A DNA stretch of 20,311 bases, taken from positions 62,001-82,311 of the forward strand of contig JALDZS010000101.1 in the NCBI GenBank assembly GCA_022813965.1, read 5' to 3'. Positions 8,480 through 17,341 of the stretch are shown piece by piece. The stretch comes from Toensbergia leucococca (lineage: Eukaryota). The notes beneath the pieces are model-generated. The model saw nothing but the letters and a program-made list of their open reading frames with translations. It had not been told where the DNA came from and did not search any database. Position numbers and translations under genes: made by a program. How positions within the stretch are numbered: the first letter of the stretch is position 1; every line of letters begins with the position of its first letter.

Positions 8480-9240
8480 CTTTTCTTCAACGGACCACAG
8501 CAATTTGCATAAGAGATTGCACGGGAGATTGCACGGGAGATTGCACGGGAAGCTGTACGGGAAGCTGTATGAGAGGTTGTCTCAGCGTACAGACTTTATC
8601 ATTCAATCGTCGTCTTCATCATATTGGAATCACGAAGCATTCCATTAGAAATTGTCCCACAGAGAAGAGTACAGAATATCCCTGGCATTGTCGGGTAGTA
8701 TCTATCTTTGAGACACTACCCAAGATTCCTCCAAGGGTAATGTATGTGGCACATCGTTGGGTGCTTTGTTTATTGACGGGTTCTCAACTCCGGATTTCTC
8801 ATGTAGGAACCAGTATAGAGAGAGTCGGAGAGGTCTGGATTTGTCTAGGGCGAAAAAGGTATTGATTTCAGTCATGGTTCATCGAGAAGAGGTTGCTTTC
8901 AACATGCTGTTCAGTTTCCTAGCCGAGTATGAATTGATAAGAGTTAGTCTTTGACAAGATGAACAGCTGAAAGGAGCTCTAATAAACAGAGCTGATAGGG
9001 TCTCACCAAAGCTTCTCGTATCAGTGTATTTCTTTAGTCTCCTTGTGTATTACTCTTCATTGACTTCAAGTGGGTTGCTTGAATCTCTCGGTATCTCTGA
9101 GCTATGTGTTGTATTTGCTGCTATCCTGATCGTTTCTCATGCTATAAAAATGCATTTGAGAGTAAAGAAACCTTTGAAGGGGTTTGATGCAATCATGACG
9201 TTCATTAAAAAGAGAAGATACCTACCCTGAGATTAATTCA
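8480..9240 (-). pseudogene. Possible decayed minus-strand gene, divergent from the gene at 9470
   Basis: Intron-like segment on minus at 9006..8919 (GTGAGA...GACTAAC...CTAG) and a weaker one at 9225..9142 (GTAGGT...TTTATAG). The downstream frame has several TGA stops and ends in QPLIQLPVQLPVQSPVQSPVQSLMQ. No recognisable domain. Confidence 0.3.
8513..8580. repeat. 12-bp minisatellite: (gagattgcacgg)x3 followed by (gaagctgtacgg)-type variants
   Basis: Read directly from the sequence. Translates as DCTG repeats on + and as QLPV/QSPV repeats on -. Confidence 0.9.
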
Positions 9241-9469
9241 TCAAGGTAGTTGCCTCGGCTCAATGCGTTATTCCTTGAGCAAAGTATAGTGAATCAAGAG
9301 GGAAGGTGAATACGGTTAGACCGGTAGGGCAGACATATTCACACAAAACCTTCCTTCAACCTCTGGAATCCTCTCTCTTCAACACACATACGCTTACACT
9401 TACACACTTTCACACACTTACACATACTTTCAGCTACCCATTATTTCATCAAACCCATCACTACTTATA

Positions 9470-11155
9470 ATGTCTCCATCTCTGTTCAAAGGAGCTGAGC
9501 GTTTCAGTTGGGCAGATGATGCTCAAGAAGAGGCGGACTTTAAAGCCGGTATGTACATATATCAGAGGACAATATTGAGAGTCTTACTAATTGTTTATAG
9601 CCCCCGCCCGTCGTAAGTCACAATATTCGCGCGCATTTGACTAATATCAAGATTTTTTTGAAACCCATGGCTCGATTTTCACTGATGTCCTTCCAGCCGA
9701 ATCTTGCCCTGGCAATCGCCGTGGCAGTCGACGTGGCCGTCGGGGTTGGTATTTCCGTCTCAGCAAAAGCGTCGACTGAAAGCTAAACTGTGATAGTTCC
9801 TTCGTCTGGCCCAGCCCGCCGCACTTCGGTTTCCCCCCGCTGTCCCCGCTGCCCCTGTGTTCGGTAGGCTATGACACAAACATATAGATCTGAGAATCAA
9901 TTATCAATTCGATCTAGTCCCGGCCCCGACCCCGACCGTCAGTGCCTGGCATACCGTTGGCTCTCCTGCACAGGTGGACGAGTTCAACTGGCCTAGTAAG
10001 TTTGCACATCCTTGCCATTGAGTAATTATCGCTAACGTTGCTATAGCTGTGAAGCAGCACCTAGCTCGGGACCTAGCTGTTGCAAACCAGAAGCTTGAGC
10101 AAGACTTGGCTCGGAAGGCGGCTCACGTCGCTAAGGCCGCCCCTGCCGCCCCTGCCGCCACCGCCGCCACCGCCGCCACCGCCGTCGCTGCCTTCAGCCC
10201 TAGTCAATTGGACGGTTCTGCCGACGAAGCCGCTGAAGATAATGCCAAAGGCAGTGAGTCTGAAGCTTCTTTGGATTCATCGACCCAACACCAACCTGCC
10301 CCACCCTTACCGAAGGAGGAGAGGCAGCAGAAGAACACGAGGAAGAATATGCGGCAGGTGCTGAGGTAGAGGGCCAGAAGAGATGCCAGGAAGGCTGAGA
10401 AGACCGAAGAGGCTAAAGGGGTCGTAAAGACCACAACAGCCACTTCGTCCTCCAATGCCTTGGATCCTCGCTCTGGCCCAGCTTCGAAGCCTCGCTCTGG
10501 CCATCCTTCGAAGGAGCCGACGAAGGAGCGGGCGCCGGAACTGTAACCCTTGGAGCAGAGCCAGCACGCGCCAAGGCAAGAAGGTCCTGTACGGGATCAT
10601 CGTCGCCAGCGTGAGGATCAACGACACTACCGCCCTGCTCCCGACTATGGTCGCCATCATGCGGCTTCTGCCGACACTGGGCGTTACAATCCTTTTTAGG
10701 CTAACGACCGGCGCCACCCGAGGGACGAGCGTGAGAATAGTCCTGAGCGTGGTGGCCGTGATGGCCGTTTCCAACGCCATGATCCTATAGATGAGGACTT
10801 GGCAGTAGAACATCGGTCTGCGCAGTGGCGGCCTCCACCAAGACAGTCAAGGCGACGCTCTGCGGCTCTCCAGCCACAGCCGATCCCAGTCCCGCCTCAG
10901 GTCGCTTTAGAGCAACCGTTGGCGCCGATATGTCATTATTGCCATGCGAATATGGAACGTTGGGAGCGCGAGAACCGGAGAACAAGCCGGCGTTGTCTCC
11001 GTTGTGGTACGACTCGACTTCCGGCTCCCGTTGACGCTCCTGATCCGGCACATACGCCAAATGTGACACCGTTGCTTCAGACTCCCGAACCCCCGCAGCG
11101 TCCAGTCTCAGCCCCGACCACAAACATCTTGTTTACACTGAGACATCTCAACTAA
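9470..11155 (+). pseudogene. Multi-intron orphan gene 'A2' (N-terminal SWADD motif, Ala/Pro-rich, basic and RD/RE-rich low-complexity regions, C-terminal CxxC-x17-CxxC zinc ribbon) interrupted by 3 in-frame stops
   Basis: ATG at 9470 (ataATG) follows a CA-rich leader. Introns: 9549-9600 (GTATGT..ACTAAT..TAG), 9613-9696 (GTAAGT..CTGAT..CAG; alternative AG at 9651), ~9745/9749-9796, 9864-9917 and 9996-10046 (GTAAGT..GCTAAC..TAG). The last exon 10047-11155 stays in one frame with stops at 10367 (TAG), 10544 (TAA) and 10697 (TAG). CHYC starts at 10931 and CLRC at 10994. Phase across exons 3-4 does not resolve cleanly. Confidence 0.7.
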
Positions 11156-11344
11156 GCCGGGATTTTACTGGCGTCGAGGACTTTAAACCTGGTATACGTG
11201 GTCAAGGAAGCACGAAGAGAGGAAATCTGCGGCGGAAGAAAGAATCATAATCTCAAATATTTCAAAGCCGCAGAACCCGTTGTGAGGGGGATCACTTAAC
11301 GGAGAATGTCTTGCAGAACTTGTCTCACAAATTCTAGCTACTAC

Positions 11345-12420
11345 GATGTAGAATCACGACTCTAGACCTTGCGTACCGGCCTTTGCAGAAGAAGATTGAA
11401 AGAGCATTATCTGACAGATGCCATATATTTGGGCCGCTGAGTTGCCGATCATTGAGCCTTGTATTCAGTCTATCATGACGGACCCGCCACTACCGTCTAT
11501 CTCAAATTTTCCTAGGGATGGAGCCGACACTGACTGCCCTTCTCAGACATTTTCACAGCTTCCTGCGTTCATTTCAACTACTATACATTGAACACACTTT
11601 CATTGATCAGTTCACTGAAACTTTACTCGTGAAGCTATACTTTTCTTCAGACTGTCTAAACTTACTCTGTGCGTACATGCGATTCTGGACGCGCCCCTGG
11701 CCACAATCTGCATGCTATCTGAATAAAGTGAGAGATGGGTGAAAATGAATTGAGCCTTTGTCGTTCTCTATTTGTACAGAGGGACCTATCATGGAGCTCT
11801 GGGTGCATTACACCACGTTGGTGCAGGGTGCATTTTTCTACAACGTGCTCGTGGATTCTTGTACAACCGTAGAGGTTGGGACTCAAGACAACCAAAGCCT
11901 ACCAAGGCTAAAATATGGTCCAATATGCGGCAGCCACAAGCTCTGCCCTCGGGCGAGATTCCGGATGAAAATGTGCTAGTTTTCAGAGTTGAGAGAGCAG
12001 ATAGATCTCTAGAGAGGGAAAGACCTGACTCAAACCCTCGCTCGACTCTCCTCATGCGCCTGCGCTATTTCAATCATCCTGCAGGCTGCTCTGCTACCGT
12101 TGAAGAGGCGGAGGCAACTATGAAGATCACTGAATCAATGAAGCTGATTATATTTTGCAGATTTGCGAAGAAAAAGAAGGCCTTCAAAGTGAAGAGACAG
12201 ATGAAGACAAGCAGCTCAGTCATGAAGATGATATCATGTTCAAGAAAGCAGAGAATACAGAGACCGCCTGCCTCAGAAGACTCAAGGAAGACTATGATCG
12301 CGCTTGCGGGAATTTGAATGCCGCTTTGATTGATACAAAATCAGGCAAACGTCAAGTACTAGCTCTATCAAATAAGTGAAGCCTACTTCAAGAGACTGAA
12401 ATTTGAAAAAAAGCATGATG
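11345..12420 (+). other. Degenerate coding-like segment with several acceptor-like sites and a short coiled-coil-like frame (LRRLKEDYDRACGNLNAAL)
   Basis: Pyrimidine-tract AG sites at ~11515, ~11650, ~11780 and ~12160 (gctgatttatattttgcag), plus ORFs 11772..12317 and 12155..12379. No consistent gene model could be built. Confidence 0.25.
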
Positions 12421-13306
12421 ATGAGTATTGAAAGAGAGCTTGAGAGATACAGTAGAAAAGAGAATGTGATGGTTTATGGTACGATTTGTGGGGTGTAAGA
12501 AAGTAGAAGAAAGTTGATCATGCGATGGTCATGAATCGATTTCTCGAGTTTTTTGCGTAGTTGGCAAGGCCTCAGTAGGCTCCATGACCTGAGGGTTAGC
12601 GAGGGGGGATCCAGGTCCATTATGAGACAACGAAAATGGATTAGAAACCTGGCGTTTTGAACTCATCGTTCCGCGATCGCCACGGGGGAGAACCCCATGT
12701 GGCCGTCTTTCATAGTCATTGACTAGCATCCCCACGACCACCCGTGGCCCCGACAAATCATTCACTTCGAAGCTCCCGCCTGGGCCCAAGTGTTCGAATA
12801 GAATATCAGGAAAGAGCTATAATCATGACAGAGAAGGTGACAAAAGAACAAAACGACGCGAAAGGAATCTGAGTATGATACATTGAAAAAGCAGAAATCC
12901 AAAAAGAGAAAATGAGGCAGACCTCATAGGGTAGAAAAAGCTGAAACACAAAAGAGCAAAGGGAATGTCACTAATGAAAAAGCGTCAAAATCTACTAGAG
13001 GTAGACCTAAGGAGTCAAATCTGACAAATCTACATAGCCTGTTCTCAAGTAATGTCTACGGAGACGCAAATGTGAACCTTCAGCACCGACAAGCAGCACA
13101 TTCTTCAAGTCACAAAAAGTCTTGAGTTTCAACAAGTGCGCGCAGACAGTACTGAGAAATGAAACAAAAACTCCGCCTTCCTTGCCTAAATTGCCACCAA
13201 ATTGACCCTAGCGTCCAAAGAATAGAGGTCCAGATATGAAAAGTAAAAACGACATCACACATAGCGCAAAGCGGCACACCGAGCTCATAACCCGTTGTGA
13301 TGGAAT

Positions 13307-13353
13307 AGTGTTGATGACGGTGCCAGTGTCGATGACGGTGCCAGCGTCAATGA
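13307..13353 (+). repeat. 18-bp tandem repeat, about 2.6 copies (reads SVDDGA-SVDDGA-SVND)
   Basis: agtgttgatgacggtgcc / agtgtcgatgacggtgcc / agcgtcaatga. Confidence 0.85.
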
Positions 13354-13940
13354 TCTCAAGTACTTCAAGAACGTGTTACACTAACCCAGTAGTAGAAGAT
13401 CTGAAATCCCCATGAAAGCGGTGGGAAATCGATGTGGGCCTGCGATTACCAATTCCACGCTCTTTCACCTATAGAAGCGAGCGATGAAGCGACTTGACGA
13501 GAGGGCTACATACCGTTTTCTCCCACACGCGATCAGAAGACAGTCCACTACGCAAGAAATGACACTACATACAGAGACCGATGGTATTTACATCTCATAT
13601 GTCACTCAAGCATCTTCTTTGTCTTTCATGAAGGCCAAAACTTGACCATCCTCACTTTTGACGGCTTAAAACCTCGGAAAGGTGAAGTCTTACTTTGATT
13701 TCCACGCTCTTTCACCCACAATAGAAAGAGATCGCTATACTACTCCGAAAGAACTTGAAAAAGAACTTCTATGGTTGAGGAATCGCGTGAACAACATTAC
13801 GCCAACTTGAATGCTCACATATACTACCAATTTTGCGGTTGCCATTTCTCACGCTCTTTCACCCATAATACAAAGAGATCGCTATACTACGTTCTTCACG
13901 ACAGAGGTTTGAGGATTAATTACTTCTTCATTTTTGTAGA

Positions 13941-14381
13941 ATGCCAGATTCTTGGGTCGAAGCACAGTCTATAATCTCTTCCACTGTCTCATTCCGCCTT
14001 TTGTTTTCAAGCATAAAAGATAGCCATGCCACACCCCACGCTCGTCATCTTGATCTGTATGAAGACCGCTGGGTTGAGTGGCACTTGGCGTTTCTGGCAA
14101 GGGCTGATTGGCGTTGAGCACGTCTGTTACTACATTGGCTTCGGAGGTTCTTCAAAACCTTTGCTGAGGAAGGGAGGCAGACGATTGTGGGGCTTGAAAT
14201 TCCGGGAAGGGGAGAATAAACCGAACATATGGTCCCGTCGACGTTTAGGATCCTTGAGGTATGCAACAGCAGTGAGCTCAGAAAGACTAATCTGCTTTAG
14301 AAGACGCTCTTCGGAGGCGCTTTTGTAGACGGAAAGTAAATTGGGGCGAAGGACCAGAAAATATTTCTTCCGTTGCTGTAG
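13941..14381 (+). pseudogene. Intron-containing gene fragment with nonsense codons, family unidentified
   Basis: One frame reads MPDSWVEAQSIISSTVSFRLLFSSIKDSHATPHARHLDLYEDRWVEWHLAFLARADWR*ARLLLHWLRRFFKTFAEEGRQTIVGLEIPGRGE*TEHMVPSTFRILE|KTLFGGAFVDGK*. Canonical phase-0 intron 14259-14300 (GTATGC..ACTAAT..TTTAG). Stops at 14115, 14217, 14337 and 14379. Confidence 0.45.
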
Positions 14382-15369
14382 GTTGGCAGCACGTCAGTGG
14401 GAAAAGGCTGATTGTACTCAGAAAGAACTTGAAAAAGAACTCTTATGGTTGAGGAATCGCGTGAACAACACTAAGCCAACTCGAAGGCTCACATATATTT
14501 TGCCTATAGTACGAAAGCATACCAAGTGAATCTACTCATAGATGGTATACTTCGCAACAAATTTGTCTCTCCAAGAATTCAAGGTATGGTGCGTCGCGAG
14601 AATATAACGTTCAAACGTGGGGTCTGTCAAATGGGAAGAGGACTGTTCTATGGATTTATGAAAACTTGCGAACTGAAGGAAGATCCAGGTACGTCAATTT
14701 ACTACTATTATGAGAAGGAAAACTACTTACACTTTCCGTTTCAAAGTTGATTTCATAGACCTCAATGACCCTAGCGTCGGAACAATGGAGGTCTAGATTT
14801 GGAAAGTAAAAAACGACTTCACACAGATAGCTTGCATGTAGCTATACTACCTCGAAAGAACGGTGAGAAGAAAGTGAGCTACTCAGCGCTCAACAAGAGT
14901 AATAGAATCAAAGAAAGCCGTCTTTAGTCTCCTCATGAAGAAAGAGAAGGCGAAGGGAGAGATGACTAAGCCTATCCAAGCACAGGCGGATTCAGAAGCA
15001 CGAAGTCTGCCAAATTCGACTCCTTCCATGTATAGAAATTGCCGCGCCACTAGAAAATCAGCCTCCTTTGAGGCTCAACGTGAAAGCTCAGAAATTGAAT
15101 AGGGATAGCGCCTCCAAATATTCTGTCCGAAACTTCTAAACCTAAGGCACCAGCTCCATATGAAATCCCGCTTCGAAGAAATGAAAACCTGACAAGAATA
15201 CCCTTCTCACGGGCATGAAGAGTGTCTTGCGAAAGTTTGTCTTGCAAATTCCGGTTACTATGACTCACCAGGCTACTATGACATGTTGATCCATCGGTCA
15301 ACAACTTCGATGAAAACGTTCGTTCAAGGGAAACACTTTTAAATCAGTCCACGCTGATGAATCTGTAGT

Positions 15370-15434
15370 AAAGCCACGGCTTTGGAAACCGAACTCGGTA
15401 TGAGGGCCGCGTTGCTTGATTCTCGCGTTGCGGC
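15370..15434 (+). repeat. 65-bp ectopic copy of gene C interior (6330-6394)
   Basis: Ungapped match at an offset of exactly 9040 bp, 62/65 identical (differences at source positions 6341, 6361 and 6386). Confidence 0.95.
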
Positions 15435-15560
15435 TACGACTACTGCAAAAACTGTGCCAAGCACCTTTCCACGATGACAATACGTGACGAATCACTCTTG
15501 CCATCACGCTGTTGCCGCCATGCAATCCCCTTGACAGTCACTGAAGTGTCTCAACGCTGA
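15429..15560 (+). pseudogene. Fragment of a fungal RBR/IBR-finger E3 ligase RING1 domain
   Basis: Reads CGYDYCKNCAKHLSTMTIRDESLLPSRCCRHAIPLTVTEVSQR*. This fits the fungal IBR-protein pattern CGHxYCxxC...DESLFPPRCC..xIP as I recall it. No start codon, no first Cys pair and no IBR domain. Confidence 0.7.
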
Positions 15561-15942
15561 ATTGAAGCTATTGTGCATGGTCGACATGTGTTGTGTTCAT
15601 TCCACCTAAGAACATCAATGATGATATTGAAGTCTGCCCTAGCGGCGAAATCGAGCATGCATCATATGCAAAGGGCGATCACTGAGGGCTGAGACTGTCC
15701 TCAAGATACTGCTTTGCACAATCTCTTGAAAACAGGTAAAGTGGGGGCATAAGAGAGAAGGGTACACGAATAAACCAAGGCGTAAGATTACAAAAGCCAT
15801 TAAACGAAAAAAAAAGATCATAGCTATCCAACCTGATCCCCTGCGCCGCAACAAGACTCCTCCTCCTCCTCCTTTGCACCTTGGTCGCGGCTTTCCCGAA
15901 CTCCAAGCTCTGGTTGCCGGAATTGGGGAGATAAAAGAGTGG

Positions 15943-17341
15943 TTAATAATAGTGGTATTCCGGCAACGAAGTAAACATGGCGACAATCGGGATCAGGATG
16001 ATCAGAGCCCAGATATTACTCTGCAACACAATCCGATCCTGTACCACTCGAACGGCATCATCCTGCGTCCAGACGCTGCGATCGAAGACTTTCCGAAAGT
16101 AAGGCTTGGCGCGGTATTTCTCAATCCAGACCTCGTGATCAAACGAGTTGCCAGTGCCAAAGGTATCCATACTGATACCCCGTTTGGAGCGATTCGAAAG
16201 ACTATAAATGTCCGTGGTAGACAAGTTCTCTTCGTCGTCGTAATTGCTCAGAGAGCCGTTGTCGCCGTATTGTTCCCAGGGGCGCAGGGCACGGCCGTGG
16301 GTTTTGTGCAAGATGACGCAGAGGCCTTTAAAGGCAGCCACAAGGCCCGAGATTCCGGTCCAAAAGGGAAGTGCGGCGAAGAGGCGCCACCAGCGGGATT
16401 TGGAGGAGAGAACTAGGGCGATGGACATTACGAGGGCCATGACAATGTGGCTGGATGCGGAATAACGGACGAAGATGACGCGGGGTCTGTTGCCATTGCA
16501 GATGGACCAGCGGATAAAGTTTGGGTGGGATTGGCCTCGGAGGGTGCATTCAACCATGTCTTTTACTAGGGAGAGGGCCGAGGGGTGGGTGGTATGTTGG
16601 AGGGCGTGGAGGACTGCGGTGCGGTTTTTGTGGGAGAGGTTGAGTTCGCGGGGGGAGTTTGGGGCGAGGTAGTGGGATATTACGCGGTTGATTTCGGAGC
16701 GAAAGGGTTGGATTGTGACTGGATAATGTCAGTAGGACTCGGGATCTCAAAAGGAGGGAACGAACAGGATTGCCATTTCAGTCCGATTTGAGCATTTGCG
16801 TCTTCGACAGTTTCCAGGGCACTTTGTTGTGTGCTTGGAGCGGACATGAAAGATTGTTTGTCAAAGGTTGGAGATAATGGAGCCTCTTTGTAATCAAAAT
16901 TGACCTCATACTCTGAGATGGTAGTGACTGCTTTATCCAAGGTTCGATGATGTTGCTCCGAGACGTTGACAGTGGGTACATCATCCTGCTCCCATTGCGG
17001 TGACAAGACCTGCTCGGACTTTGGAGCGGCGTCGAAGCGTTCGATATAATCTTGTATCCATAGCCAGAATTGAAGGTTCTCTGCATCATGAGAAACATAG
17101 ACTAGGTAATCCATAAAGTCTTGAAGAGAGCATGGCTAGGCATGTTAGTCTAATCCTTGGATCAACATTGGAGACTTACCGGCAATGCCTTGTTCTGAAC
17201 CACATTTTCAAAAGACAGTTCCGGAGGAATGGCTCTCTTGTGCTTTTGAGTCCTCTCGACATACCTTTGACATGTGGTCAGGTTCATAGGCCCAGGTGCC
17301 TTGGCTATATAATCGGGACGACGATAGAATAGAATAGACAT
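15943..17341 (-). CDS. RGS-domain protein with C-terminal transmembrane helices (Rax1-like fungal regulator of G-protein signalling), 435 aa; exons 17341-17180, 17135-16766, 16718-15943
   Basis: Introns 17179-17136 (GTAAGT..CTAAC..TAG) and 16765-16719 (GTTCGT..CTGAC..CAG) join into a continuous 1308-nt frame. RGS-type motifs: PCSLQDFMDYLVYVSHDAENLQFWLW, FTIQPFRSEINRVISHYLAPNSPRELNLS and QSHPNFIRWSICNGN. Three hydrophobic segments follow. Confidence 0.9.

Larger units (their letters stand above)
13203..14860 (+). repeat. Mosaic of short dispersed direct repeats derived from a decayed coding sequence
   Basis: 13741-13823 matches 14415-14497 (76/83 identical). 13203-13265 resembles 14766-14831. 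cacgctctttcacc occurs at ~13456, ~13703 and ~13850, the last two continuing to agagatcgctatactac. gctatactac...gaaagaac recurs at 14841. Confidence 0.85.

Noticed and set aside
8422..8865. 147-aa + strand ORF with CTGD repeats, metallothionein-like
   Set aside because: The Cys periodicity comes from a 12-bp minisatellite, the rest has no protein-like signal, and splice signals favour the opposite strand.
10080..10813. Overlapping ORFs 10080..10364 (poly-Pro), 10455..10790, 10204..10455(-) and 10307..10813(-)
   Set aside because: Shadow frames of the GC-rich A2 last exon. The splice acceptor at 10046 selects the 10049 frame.
11300..15600. Transposon remnant (reverse transcriptase, DDE transposase, LTR or TIR) as the source of the repeat-rich zone
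   Set aside because: No catalytic motifs, terminal repeats or target-site duplications could be identified by eye. A library search is needed to exclude this fully.
15874..16791. Plus-strand ORFs of 180, 73, 65 and 68 aa
   Set aside because: Antisense shadows of the RGS gene's third exon.
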